Source: a virus. From it: a stretch of DNA of 64,000 nt. The notes under the pieces were generated by a model. The model was not told the origin of the DNA, searched no databases, and saw only the letters and a list, made by a program, of their open reading frames with translations. The stretch lies in the IMG/VR virus record IMGVR_UViG_3300027509_000012; one strand, 5' to 3'. Below are positions 17,226 through 27,463 of this stretch, piece after piece (the first letter of the stretch is position 1; every line of letters starts with the position of its first letter). A program made the translations under genes and the position numbers.

Positions 17226-18748
17226 TGGATAAAAAATGCACTCTCGTAATCAAAGATGAAGTTAATTGTTCTGTACGTGGATTGCAAAACCAACACAAAG
17301 ATAAATTAAAAGCTCAATACGCAATATTCTCACCCACCAGATTTTATAATATAAAATTTAAGCTCGGCCAATGGGACGGTAAAATCATGTTCTTTAAGGA
17401 CAATGGTGACACCTATCTGCACTTATTAGATGAAATTGTTCCCTATCTTGATGATGTTGGGTATGACATAGAACTTGTCGATAACAGACGTTCAAAAATT
17501 TGCGAACCGGATCCCATTGATAATCAGTACTTAAATTATATGACTGGGCCTGATGGCAATCCTCTGATACTCAGGGATCACCAAGTGGACGTTATTAATA
17601 CGTTAATTAAACATGGTAATGGCATCGGAAAAGCCAGCACCGGATCTGGTAAAACTTACGTAACCGGATGCTTAACTAAAATATACGAAGAAGCATGTGG
17701 ATTTAATGTTATCACAATAGTACCTAATAAAACATTGGTAAGGCAAACACACAAGGATTATGTGTTAATGGGAATAGATGCTGGAGTTTATTACGGAGAT
17801 AAAAAGGAATTGAATCATATTCATTTAGTATCAACGTGGCAATCATTAAAAAACAAACCAGAATTAATGGATCGTTTTCATGCGGTGATAGTAGACGAAG
17901 CGCATATGGTAAAAGGACCAATACTCCAAACACTTTTATTAAAACATGGAAGAAATCTTCCAGTTCGGTTTGGTGTGACTGGAACAATGCCAAAAGAAGA
18001 AATAGATGAAATGACTGTACATATGGCATTAGGCCCAGAACGCATAGATATTCCAGCACACACTTTGATAGAAAAAGGATTATTGTCTAATCTTGATATT
18101 GAAATTTATGAGTTAGAACATGATCTAGCCATTCATTACGATGCGTATCTCGAAAGTTTTAGACCATCACTTGTAGAAAAGAAGCCAGTAACCTATAAAC
18201 AATTTAGAGATACATTTCTACCAGACTATCAATCTGAAAAGAAATTTAATAATAATTCAAAAGAACACATGGCATGGATAGCTCAAAAACTAGTTCATTA
18301 CAGAGATAATTATGGAAATGTATTATGTTTAGTAGATGGTGTTAAATACGGAAAAGATCTAGCCAATATGATTGAAGGTGGAGTATTTCTTTCTGGTAGT
18401 GATAAAGTAAAAGATCGAGAGAAGATATATGCAGAATACGCAGACAGAGATGATATTATATTAATAGCAACATCTCAAATAGCAAGCACAGGCTTAAATA
18501 TCAAACGTATATTCACACTAGCATATATTAATTTTGGAAAGTCTGGAATTAAAACAGTGCAAAGTATTGGCCGTGGGCTTCGAATGGATGTGGATAAGAA
18601 CAAAGTAAAAGTATTGGACATTTATGCTGATTTAAAATATTCTAGGAGACATAGTAGAGAGCGCATTAATTTTTATAAAGAGGCGAAGTATCCATACAAA
18701 AAACAAATCGTAAAATTCAAAGGGTTGGATTCAGATATATTTGATTAA
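17225..18748 (+). CDS. uvsW: UvsW-like SF2 DNA helicase
   Basis: LRDHQ, STGSGKT, IVDEAH, FGVTGT, STGLNI, QSIGRGLR. Confidence 0.92.
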   Translation: MDKKCTLVIKDEVNCSVRGLQNQHKDKLKAQYAIFSPTRFYNIKFKLGQWDGKIMFFKDNGDTYLHLLDEIVPYLDDVGYDIELVDNRRSKICEPDPIDNQYLNYMTGPDGNPLILRDHQVDVINTLIKHGNGIGKASTGSGKTYVTGCLTKIYEEACGFNVITIVPNKTLVRQTHKDYVLMGIDAGVYYGDKKELNHIHLVSTWQSLKNKPELMDRFHAVIVDEAHMVKGPILQTLLLKHGRNLPVRFGVTGTMPKEEIDEMTVHMALGPERIDIPAHTLIEKGLLSNLDIEIYELEHDLAIHYDAYLESFRPSLVEKKPVTYKQFRDTFLPDYQSEKKFNNNSKEHMAWIAQKLVHYRDNYGNVLCLVDGVKYGKDLANMIEGGVFLSGSDKVKDREKIYAEYADRDDIILIATSQIASTGLNIKRIFTLAYINFGKSGIKTVQSIGRGLRMDVDKNKVKVLDIYADLKYSRRHSRERINFYKEAKYPYKKQIVKFKGLDSDIFD

Positions 18749-18796
18749 AATGTGATGTGTGTGGTATAATTCTTTTAACTACAAAGAGAATTAAAT

Positions 18797-19285
18797 ATGC
18801 TGGTATTTCAAGAATCACAGGCAGTAACAATGATAGATAATATCCGTCCTATTATTATGGAAGAATATTTTTGGGTCATGGATTTAGATATGAAAGATTT
18901 CATAATTACACCATTAAATGTCATTGAAGCAACTACAGCACCGTCAATAGAATTGTTAATAGATGGTTTTAATTTTATTGTACCAGCAACATGGAATATA
19001 TTAATTGTAGATCCAGAAACATCACAGCTTGATATATCAGAAGTAGGAGCGGTGTTGGGGAAACAATTTCATTGCTTTTGTTATGGTTTTAATAACTCAA
19101 TGGTTGAAATGCACGTAATAGAAGCAGTGGATTATCATGCATCTGAAACATCGTTCTCTCCATCGATGAGTAAAAGTCATATGCTTTGTCATCCAATAGA
19201 TCAAGATCGATGGATTAATTTATCTCCAGCCGATTCATATAACAAACATTTTAGAAACACATTATTATCAGGAGATTTTGTATGA
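18797..19285 (+). CDS. conserved jumbo-phage hypothetical protein downstream of uvsW
   Basis: ORF preceded by extended -10 TGgTATAAT; beta-rich sequence. Confidence 0.6.
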   Translation: MLVFQESQAVTMIDNIRPIIMEEYFWVMDLDMKDFIITPLNVIEATTAPSIELLIDGFNFIVPATWNILIVDPETSQLDISEVGAVLGKQFHCFCYGFNNSMVEMHVIEAVDYHASETSFSPSMSKSHMLCHPIDQDRWINLSPADSYNKHFRNTLLSGDFV

Positions 19286-19860
19286 CCGACAATGACGAGA
19301 TTATCAGCAATTCAGAGGTTGGAAAGAAAGCCGTACCATCATTTAAAGATACATTGAAAGAATCATTAAAGACTCCTGAATCTGATAAACCAAACATGCC
19401 AGTAAAGGTAAAAGCTGAGACTAAAAAGCCAGCAGCTAAAAAACGAGCACCACGCAAAAAAGCGAAACCAAAGGTTGAGGAAATATCTGCATCTGATTTA
19501 AAAACATGGATAGAAGGTGTTGAATCTATGCAAGATGATGATTGGCATCCATCACCAGAGCAATGGCAAAAAATTAGAGATAAGATTGCATCACTGGAAA
19601 CTACTCCATCGGTTGTGCAACAACCTGTTGCATCTAAAGTTCAACAAACATCAACGCAACAAGTAATTCACGAAGCACCAGCTCAGCAAGCACCAGCCCA
19701 ATCTTCATTGATCATTCATGAAGCACCACCAACACAAGCAGGGCCATCAGTGATATTGCCTAATGAAAATCCATTAAAGCCAGTTAATGCAGATGGACTT
19801 GTTGATGTTTCACCTAAAGTTAAACCTGACGGATCGTATGAATCATCATTCGGTTCGTAA
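19282..19860 (+). CDS. hypothetical protein (WIEGVESMQDDDWHPSPEQWQKIR core, low-complexity flanks)
   Basis: ATGA overlap with previous gene. Confidence 0.6.
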   Translation: MTDNDEIISNSEVGKKAVPSFKDTLKESLKTPESDKPNMPVKVKAETKKPAAKKRAPRKKAKPKVEEISASDLKTWIEGVESMQDDDWHPSPEQWQKIRDKIASLETTPSVVQQPVASKVQQTSTQQVIHEAPAQQAPAQSSLIIHEAPPTQAGPSVILPNENPLKPVNADGLVDVSPKVKPDGSYESSFGS

Positions 19861-20374
19861 TAGAATTGTTTGGTATGATGGGACCACTACTGTCCCATCG
19901 TCAGAGATAGAAGAATATATTCAGTATGCAAATACTGGAAAAGTGTTTGTGGATGAAATGACTGATGATCTACGACAATATAATAAATTTGCATCAGACG
20001 CAAAAATCACAACACGCGAATCAGACTTATCAATAACACCTAAATGGTTATTGCCAAAATATTTTATTGATATGGATCTACAATCTCTTATAGATCAACA
20101 ACTTGCAGACGAAATAGATAAATCTAACTTCTCTGACGATGAAACCAACAAAAGAATTGATAGAATTGATGAAGAAATGATCGCTTATCGAGAATTTAAT
20201 TTAATTCCAGTATTACATGCTATTTTATATATAATAAATAGGTTTGAGGAAAAGGATATAGTCTGGGGTGTGGGCCGAGGTAGTTCGGTAAGCTCATACG
20301 TATTGTATTTAATGAAAGTCCATGATGTGGATAGTGTTGAATATGATCTAGATTTTAATGAATTTATAAGATAG
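19838..20374 (+). CDS. DNA polymerase III alpha (DnaE)-like fragment A
   Basis: WGVGRGSSVSSYVLYLMKVHDVDSVEYDLDF matches the DnaE GxGRGS..LV.Y.L.IT.vDP..y.L.FERF segment; ATG 19838 preferred. Confidence 0.8.
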   Translation: MNHHSVRNRIVWYDGTTTVPSSEIEEYIQYANTGKVFVDEMTDDLRQYNKFASDAKITTRESDLSITPKWLLPKYFIDMDLQSLIDQQLADEIDKSNFSDDETNKRIDRIDEEMIAYREFNLIPVLHAILYIINRFEEKDIVWGVGRGSSVSSYVLYLMKVHDVDSVEYDLDFNEFIR

Positions 20375-20382
20375 GTCAAATC

Positions 20383-20799
20383 ATGAGTCGAAAACCAAAA
20401 CATATTACATCTGCTGGTGTTGAAGTTAATTATGATCTTATACGTGCAAAGCAACAAATGGCTGAAATGCCAGCATCTGCTGAAGTCCAAGAACGTCAGG
20501 AAAGAATTAATGCTAGACTTCGACGTAAGATGAATGCACTAGGTCCAACTCGAAAGAAAATTAAAAAAGATGAAGTAAAAACAAAATCAGAAAAACCAGA
20601 AGCTGAGAAGCGAATAATTAAAGAAGAAAAATTAGTCGAAGAAGTTGAAAGTACTGATGTAGAAAATGAAAAAGAAGTTGTGAAAGATAGTGATGTTGAT
20701 GTACAATCTAATGATAAGAAATCAACTAGGGGCCGCCAAAAAGCGAAGCCACCAACTATTAAGAGAGATAAAGACGATGACAACAGCAGCGGATCTTAA
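20383..20799 (+). CDS. hypothetical charged protein
   Basis: ORF; TSAGVEVNYDLIR N-terminus. Confidence 0.55.
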   Translation: MSRKPKHITSAGVEVNYDLIRAKQQMAEMPASAEVQERQERINARLRRKMNALGPTRKKIKKDEVKTKSEKPEAEKRIIKEEKLVEEVESTDVENEKEVVKDSDVDVQSNDKKSTRGRQKAKPPTIKRDKDDDNSSGS

Positions 20800-21103
20800 A
20801 CCACTACACAATCAAATTTTTTTTAGATTTGAAGAAAAGACAGTAACAAACTCAAAAGGTCAAAAAATGTTCGAAACTCAAACAGACAATGGTATCGTTG
20901 TTATGGGTAATATCGAAGACTCCACATCCACACCTAAATGGGGAACAGTAATCGCCGTAGGCCATAAAACAAAAGAAGTTGTTGTTGGTGATAGAATTTT
21001 AATTGAACCTTTAATGTGGACAAATGGAATTAAATTAAAAAACGATGATACGTTCTGGAAAACAAACGAAGATAAAGTAATAGGCATAGATAAAGTAGTT
21101 TAA
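20777..21103 (+). CDS. groES: GroES-like co-chaperonin
   Basis: LKPLHNQIF, TDNGIVV, GTVIAVG, VVVGDRILI; ATG 20777 preferred. Confidence 0.8.
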   Translation: MTTAADLKPLHNQIFFRFEEKTVTNSKGQKMFETQTDNGIVVMGNIEDSTSTPKWGTVIAVGHKTKEVVVGDRILIEPLMWTNGIKLKNDDTFWKTNEDKVIGIDKVV

Positions 21104-21107
21104 TATA

Positions 21108-21136
21108 TTGACATTAAATATACTCACCAGTATAAT
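21108..21136 (+). promoter_or_regulatory. consensus sigma70 promoter
   Basis: TTGACA (21108-21113) -17- TATAAT (21131-21136). Confidence 0.8.
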
Positions 21137-21160
21137 TCAATGATTTACTGGTGAGTGTTC

Positions 21161-22102
21161 ATGCATAGAAAATTCAAAGAACTATGGGTTGAGAAGTATA
21201 GACCCAAGAAAATCGACGATTATATTTTTGAAAATGAGACTCACAAAGTCGCGTTTCAAACATTCATTAAAGAAAAATCAATTCCACATTTACTACTCAC
21301 AGGTATTCAGGGTAGTGGTAAGTCAACAATATCTCAAATATTAATTGATTCGATGAATGTTGACGAAGCCGATATTCTCACTATCAATGCATCTGATGAA
21401 AACTCAGTTGATATTATGCGCGAAAAAATAAATTCGTTTGTAATGTCATACGCATTTGGTGATGGTACTAAAATAGTCTTACTTGAAGAAGCTGATTACA
21501 TTACACCCAACGGTCAAGCAGTAATGCGTAGGTTAATGGAAGAATATGTTGACGAAGCAAGATTCATACTGACAGGTAATTACGAAAATAAAATTAAAGA
21601 GCCTATTAAATCAAGATGCCAGCATTTTAGATTTAAGGCAGCAGATCCTGATGATATTGCAGAGTATGTAGCGAACATATTAGTTTCAGAAGAAATTGAT
21701 TTTGATTTAGAACAACTTGATTTATATGTAGCAGCCAGTTATCCAGACATTCGAAAGATTGTTAATTCGATTCAACAAAGCATTGATGATGATAGTTTGA
21801 TGGATATAGCAGCAAAAGCTGCAACAAGCACCGAGGATTTTCGTATAACGTTAATGGGCCACATCACAAATGATGATTGGATTAAGGCTAGACAAGTTGT
21901 TTGTGGACATGCCTCTAATCAAGAGATAGAAGAAATATATACATTCTTGTACAAAAACTTAGATAAATCTAAGAAGTTCTCTAAACAAGATAAGTGGGAA
22001 GCTGGACAATTAAAAATCGCGGAATACTTATACACACATTCAATGGTGGCCGATCCAGAAATAAATCTGGCAGCACTGTTCATCGAATTAAAGCAGGTAT
22101 AA
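21161..22102 (+). CDS. clamp loader AAA+ subunit (gp44/RFC small)
   Basis: LWVEKYRP, GIQGSGKS, INASDE, LLEEAD, SRCQ, YPDIRK. Confidence 0.92.
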   Translation: MHRKFKELWVEKYRPKKIDDYIFENETHKVAFQTFIKEKSIPHLLLTGIQGSGKSTISQILIDSMNVDEADILTINASDENSVDIMREKINSFVMSYAFGDGTKIVLLEEADYITPNGQAVMRRLMEEYVDEARFILTGNYENKIKEPIKSRCQHFRFKAADPDDIAEYVANILVSEEIDFDLEQLDLYVAASYPDIRKIVNSIQQSIDDDSLMDIAAKAATSTEDFRITLMGHITNDDWIKARQVVCGHASNQEIEEIYTFLYKNLDKSKKFSKQDKWEAGQLKIAEYLYTHSMVADPEINLAALFIELKQV

Positions 22103-22106
22103 CATA

Positions 22107-22403
22107 ATGACTACAAATGATCAAAAGCAGGCCGTAGAAACAGCTTCATCAAAGCCAGAAAAAGCTTCATGGAAACGTAAACAAAAAAATATCGATAAAC
22201 TTCATGTAGAGTTAGAAGAATTAGAAGATAAAATCTTTGAGCTTATGGCAGAAAAAATAAAACTTATTGATAGAATAACTACAACCCGAGGGGTTATGGT
22301 TAATGAATGTATTCACCCACATGATATGTTAGTGGGTCAGGATGATGATTCAATTCTATGTAAGTTTTGTAATAAATCTTTGGGTGTCGTTAAAAGACCG
22401 TAA
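22107..22403 (+). CDS. hypothetical coiled-coil protein with C-terminal Cys/His motif
   Basis: ECIHPHD...CKFC. Confidence 0.55.
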   Translation: MTTNDQKQAVETASSKPEKASWKRKQKNIDKLHVELEELEDKIFELMAEKIKLIDRITTTRGVMVNECIHPHDMLVGQDDDSILCKFCNKSLGVVKRP

Positions 22404-22417
22404 TTGGAGATTTTATC

Positions 22418-22879
22418 TTGCCAGATAAAAAAACATATAAGTTTGATATATTTGATATTCTAAAACGTATATCATTAAAATCTAGAAGTTTTTCCGAAGA
22501 AGAAGAAAAGGCTATGCAGCCCATTGTAATTATGCGCTGGTTATCTGGAACAAAATCCGAGCGACAGATATATCTTTTGAATCAAACAGTAAATAAATAC
22601 ATATTTGATTTCTATCATCATAAACAGTTATTAATTAATTTGATGAGTATATCAACTAATGGAAAATATCAAAAATATAATTGGTTAAAAAGAACAAAGG
22701 AAGCACCAAAAACAAAACATATGATAACAGTAGTTTCCGAATACTATAACTATTCATCACGTAGATGCTCAGAAGTATTACCAATCTTAGATGATGATAC
22801 ATTTATAGAATTAGCAAACGATTTAGGAAAAACAAAAGAATTTATTAGAGATTTGAAAAAAGAATTAAAGACTAGATGA
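22418..22879 (+). CDS. clamp loader subunit (gp62-like)
   Basis: PIVIMRWLSG, HHKQLL, YNWLK, SEYYNYS..R; near gp44. Confidence 0.65.
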   Translation: MPDKKTYKFDIFDILKRISLKSRSFSEEEEKAMQPIVIMRWLSGTKSERQIYLLNQTVNKYIFDFYHHKQLLINLMSISTNGKYQKYNWLKRTKEAPKTKHMITVVSEYYNYSSRRCSEVLPILDDDTFIELANDLGKTKEFIRDLKKELKTR

Positions 22880-23556
22880 AAACATTTAAATATAACTGCG
22901 CTTATTGCAACAAAAAGTATAAGATAGAAAAATACTTCCTAGCGCACGAATGTCCAACTAAGGCTAGAATCGATAGATCCAAAACTGCATTAGGTCAACG
23001 AGCATACGAATTGTATTGCAGATTTATGGAAATAAAATTTAATAATGTCCCACCACTAGAAACATTTATAGAATCCAGTTACTATAAAGCTTGTTTTGAA
23101 TTCATTCCATTTTCAGAAAAAGTGGGATTAGTTGATATCGATATATATCTAAAAGTGATGAGTAGTAAGGGACTAACGCCATCAGAATGGACTGATCCAT
23201 TATCATATTCATATTATATTGATAACATCGATAAATTTATAAAACCTGAAAAACAAATAGAAATATCAGTCACTACTATATTAGATTTTTGTGAAATGGT
23301 TGGTGTTGATACTTCTGAATTCTTTGATTTAATAACACCCGCCGATTTAGTTGAAATGATCACATCACGAGAACTTAGTCCGTGGCTCATCTTAAATAGT
23401 TCAAAATTTATGGAATTTTATAAAAATGAACTGAGTAATCATTTCAAAAAGCTTGTGAGTGAATTAATTGATGGGAAAACATGGAATTCTAAACTAAAAA
23501 TTAATCCCAACATCCGAGCAACTGCCAAAGAATGTGTTAAAGAACTAATGCTATAA
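22876..23556 (+). CDS. hypothetical protein with N-terminal zinc finger
   Basis: CAYCNKKY......HEC. Confidence 0.6.
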   Translation: MKTFKYNCAYCNKKYKIEKYFLAHECPTKARIDRSKTALGQRAYELYCRFMEIKFNNVPPLETFIESSYYKACFEFIPFSEKVGLVDIDIYLKVMSSKGLTPSEWTDPLSYSYYIDNIDKFIKPEKQIEISVTTILDFCEMVGVDTSEFFDLITPADLVEMITSRELSPWLILNSSKFMEFYKNELSNHFKKLVSELIDGKTWNSKLKINPNIRATAKECVKELML

Positions 23557-23568
23557 AAGTCATCAATC

Positions 23569-23576
23569 TATAAATA
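23569..23576 (+). promoter_or_regulatory. T4-like late promoter TATAAATA
   Basis: Exact consensus before the virion gene cluster at 23621. Confidence 0.65.
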
Positions 23577-23620
23577 AGAGTATTGAAATCAAGTAAAAGA
23601 ACTCTTATGGGTAGAAATTA

Positions 23621-25705
23621 ATGACAATTTATTCAATTACATCAACAGATGCATCAAAAACCATTGTAGTCAATGCAGGAACAACTAATGGTCCTGTTGT
23701 TGCTCCAGCCAATATCGATACGGATCTGATTCTATATGGACAAGGTTCTTTCAATTGGGGTCAAGGAATTGAACAAAACTTGTTCAGAATCATGGAATCA
23801 TTTGCTAGTCCAGCAAAAAATCCACTTCAACCAGACGAAGATCAAGTACCAGATCCAGAACCAGTTGCCGCCAATCCAGATTTATATGGAATAAAAAATC
23901 CAGTTATAGGACAAACATGGTTTAATAAATCAAACAAACGTTTATACGTATGTACCATCGCCGCCACAGAAACGGAAGATGCTGTGTGGAAATTAGATGG
24001 TGAAGGACGATTTTTAGATTTAAAGGGTGGTGAATTATCCGGAAATGTAAAAATTATTCGACCGGCTGGTAATGGTGGAACTGGAATAGAATTAATTAGT
24101 AAAGATGAATTATCTCCAATGTATGTTCAATTTGAAGATTTATCTGCTGTTAAAGGGCGATTGTTTGTTGAGCAAGAAGCGGGTACGGGAGTAGATACGC
24201 TAAAATTTGAAAAACGTGTTAATGAAACAATTAAAAACTCTATACACATGCACGATGGATATATCGAAACTCACGCCACTCAAGGTAAGATACGAACTCC
24301 ATCCACCATAGCATCTGATACAGGCCAAACACTAGCAACCAAAAATTATGTTGATTTTGAAATAGCAGCTAATGGATTTGATGATGGTATATTTGAAGAT
24401 GATATTACAGTATCTAAACCGAATGCTGGATTTTATGCAAAATCAACTAATAACACAACAGATCCAAAATTTGTATTAGCAGATTCGTCTGGTAACAAAG
24501 GAAAATTTTGGTTGAGTCAAGAAGGAACTGCTGATGTTTTAGTTCTTAGTAAAGGTATTTTTAATGGTGCAGAGGTTACAGGAACCACACAAAATGAAAT
24601 TAGAATGACTGATACTGGTGTAGATTTTACTAAAAATATTACATTAAAAAATGCATTTCCTGTTATGACAATAGAATCAACAAGTCCAACATCTGGATCT
24701 ATTTTATACTTTAAAGATAATCAAGCTGTGAAAGCTGAATTATCAATTTTACCAATAAATGGATCTGGCAGTATTGATGATTTAGTTTTACAGAAAAAAG
24801 CTGGATCTAATATTTTAAGTGAACTTAGAATGAAAGATGGATTGACAACTATGAGTCAACCATTTGAAGTACTAAAATCAGATGATATTATTAGATTAAA
24901 CCCAGCAGTAGATAGTGCAAATGTCTCATTAAGTTCAAATGCAGGGGCACGACTTGCTAAGTTTGGTTTAAATTCAGATGATTCAGCAGTGATTGAATAC
25001 ACTTCAGGCACTACTGATTCAAGAGTTACATTAGAGCAAAATGGCACAGTTACCATTACAAAACCTAGAGCCACAGATCATGCCGATGTCGAAGTAACCG
25101 AAGATGAAAGACTAATAACTAAAAAATATGCTGATAGTAGGGGTTATATAGGTATAGGTAGAAATGTAAGCCCTAATAGGCTAGCATTAGAGAAAAATGG
25201 TACGTCTTGGAGAACTTCATCCAATTTTGTTGACATTCCAACTTCAACTGCAAATCTTAATTCGTTCCCTACTAATGGAACTAGTAATGCAGTAAATAAA
25301 ACATATAGTACGGTAGCTGATATAAAAACATCTGGTTTAGCAACTGTATTAATTCGAATATCTTTTAGTTATGCATTAAGAGTAGCAGGCGGCGGTGAAG
25401 GGTCTAGTGGATTTTTTACATTTGCACCAGTGGATATACAATATCGAAGTTCTGCTGTTCCAGTAGGTGCATGGACAGATTTAGTATTGCCGGGTATTCC
25501 TATGGATACTTATCAGAATGTATATTCTGGTCAATATTTCGCTACAACCACGGCCCAAATAAACGCAGCTCAATCGGAAATAGAATTTAGATTCGGTAAT
25601 ACATCAAATGAATTTGTATTTGGTCCTATCAATAGAACAGGCACCATAGTTGAAAAATTTGATGCTGTTCTTATAGATAATGCAACATTTAACGTGGAAT
25701 ATTAA
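23621..25705 (+). CDS. baseplate-attached fibre / virion structural protein
   Basis: N-domain LILYG..SFNWG..IEQNL...ESFA..P..GQTWF shared with 25936; ATKNYVD fibre repeats. Confidence 0.7.
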   Translation: MTIYSITSTDASKTIVVNAGTTNGPVVAPANIDTDLILYGQGSFNWGQGIEQNLFRIMESFASPAKNPLQPDEDQVPDPEPVAANPDLYGIKNPVIGQTWFNKSNKRLYVCTIAATETEDAVWKLDGEGRFLDLKGGELSGNVKIIRPAGNGGTGIELISKDELSPMYVQFEDLSAVKGRLFVEQEAGTGVDTLKFEKRVNETIKNSIHMHDGYIETHATQGKIRTPSTIASDTGQTLATKNYVDFEIAANGFDDGIFEDDITVSKPNAGFYAKSTNNTTDPKFVLADSSGNKGKFWLSQEGTADVLVLSKGIFNGAEVTGTTQNEIRMTDTGVDFTKNITLKNAFPVMTIESTSPTSGSILYFKDNQAVKAELSILPINGSGSIDDLVLQKKAGSNILSELRMKDGLTTMSQPFEVLKSDDIIRLNPAVDSANVSLSSNAGARLAKFGLNSDDSAVIEYTSGTTDSRVTLEQNGTVTITKPRATDHADVEVTEDERLITKKYADSRGYIGIGRNVSPNRLALEKNGTSWRTSSNFVDIPTSTANLNSFPTNGTSNAVNKTYSTVADIKTSGLATVLIRISFSYALRVAGGGEGSSGFFTFAPVDIQYRSSAVPVGAWTDLVLPGIPMDTYQNVYSGQYFATTTAQINAAQSEIEFRFGNTSNEFVFGPINRTGTIVEKFDAVLIDNATFNVEY

Positions 25706-25706
25706 A

Positions 25707-25955
25707 ATGAATAGTATTTTAATTTATGAAAAAGATTCTGGAATTGTTCAATCAGTGGTGAACAATAATATATCAGATATAAAATCTGATAATTATAAAA
25801 ATTCACTTAAATCTGTGGAATCTAAATTACCCAAAGGCTTTGCCGCTGTCTATTTTAAAATAGAAGGTAATGAAATGCCCACTAAAATAAAAGTATCAAA
25901 AGATAAAAAAGTTAAAGTAATGGAACTATGTGAATATGGCATACAAGATAAATAA
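25707..25955 (+). CDS. small hypothetical (possible fibre assembly helper)
   Basis: Lies between two fibre-like genes; ATG 25707. Confidence 0.45.
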   Translation: MNSILIYEKDSGIVQSVVNNNISDIKSDNYKNSLKSVESKLPKGFAAVYFKIEGNEMPTKIKVSKDKKVKVMELCEYGIQDK

Positions 25956-27435
25956 AACCAACCCATTTGCAGAAAATGCGACGATAAACATTTCTGAGTT
26001 TACCAGTAATGGGCCATTGCATCCATTGAGTCCAATATTGGATGATACCGCAATAGCAGCTAATAGTAGCTTAATACTCTATGGTAAAGCGCATCCTAAT
26101 TATGGTGAGCGTCTTTCAGAGAATATTCTTAATATACTAGAAAATTTTTCCGGTTCAACAGAACCATCTTTCGCCACCGAAGGACAGCAATGGAGTTGTA
26201 GAATTGATTTTATTTTAACCGATACTGAATGGTATGAATGGGATCCAGTAGGAAAGACTTGGAATGTAGCAGTAGTAACAACTGGAACACCGTCAGATTT
26301 TGTTCATGGTGAATTGTTTTTTGATAATAGTTCGAAGCAATTAACTCGTGTTGTTAATACAGCAAACAATGCATTATCACCATCTACAATTAAAATCAAA
26401 CACACCACAACAGGTGCTTTCTCTAACCCAAATTCTGTGGGATTCTTACCAGAAGTCGTTACTATGGAATATAGAAATGGTGAATGGCGAGGCATCTGTA
26501 ATATAACAGTTAGTAAAATAGAACCAACTAGTGCTGACGAAGGACGTGTTTGGTATGACACTACCGCCAATAGATTAAAAATATATGTTGATGATGATTT
26601 CATTGAGTTAAATGATAATTTCTTAGATTTATCTGGTGGTACAATGTCTGGTGATATTGATATGGCAACCAATTCTATTGTTAACTTGGGAACACCAAGT
26701 ACCAATTTCGATGCCACTACTAAAAAATATGTTGATGATTTAGTTCTTGCAAGTTCTGTGGCTTCATCTAATGTAAATGATTTATCGAATGTCGATGATG
26801 GAACCGCTCCATCTACAGCCACACCATTTTTAAAATACAACACAACATCTAGTAAATATGAAGTTAAAGCCCTTCAATTAGCCGATCTACAAGATGTTTC
26901 AGTTTCCGCTACAGAAATAAACTATCTATCTGGTTTAACATCCAATGTTAAAAGTGCAGTTGATACATTAACAATTAATTTAGGAAATCAAGAACAGGCG
27001 TTTATGGTTGCAGAAGGAACTACATTTGTAGCCGTACCTTCTAACACCATTACCGTTGTTGATGGATCATTCACTACAATATATGATCCAGATTCTATAT
27101 TCGATGCCACCACTGGTGAATTTGATTTAGATGATTTCCCTGCAATTGGTGGTAATGCAGTTGTAGAGATTTCTGTTATGGTTAAATGGGAAACTGATGC
27201 AACCGCAGGTAGTTGGAGAAAGGTTGGATTATCAGTATCACCATCAGCATTGACTTCATACGAAGATCTTCGTGAAATTATTACTGGTCAAGAAACTACT
27301 AATAGTATTAATACTGGCCCAGTTAGAATTGATGGAACAAGTACAATTGCGATTAATGTAGAGCATTCAGCATCATCAGCTCAAGATTTAACGTTTTTCT
27401 CAATTGGAATTAAAATTCTAGATAAATCTGCTTAA
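25936..27435 (+). CDS. baseplate/fibre virion structural protein
   Basis: LILYGK..PNYGE...ENIL..LENFS...P....GQQW; GRVWYDT; LSGGTMSGDIDM; ATTKKYVD. Confidence 0.7.
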   Translation: MAYKINKTNPFAENATINISEFTSNGPLHPLSPILDDTAIAANSSLILYGKAHPNYGERLSENILNILENFSGSTEPSFATEGQQWSCRIDFILTDTEWYEWDPVGKTWNVAVVTTGTPSDFVHGELFFDNSSKQLTRVVNTANNALSPSTIKIKHTTTGAFSNPNSVGFLPEVVTMEYRNGEWRGICNITVSKIEPTSADEGRVWYDTTANRLKIYVDDDFIELNDNFLDLSGGTMSGDIDMATNSIVNLGTPSTNFDATTKKYVDDLVLASSVASSNVNDLSNVDDGTAPSTATPFLKYNTTSSKYEVKALQLADLQDVSVSATEINYLSGLTSNVKSAVDTLTINLGNQEQAFMVAEGTTFVAVPSNTITVVDGSFTTIYDPDSIFDATTGEFDLDDFPAIGGNAVVEISVMVKWETDATAGSWRKVGLSVSPSALTSYEDLREIITGQETTNSINTGPVRIDGTSTIAINVEHSASSAQDLTFFSIGIKILDKSA

Positions 27436-27463
27436 AATAAATTGATGTGATATTATCTATGTC

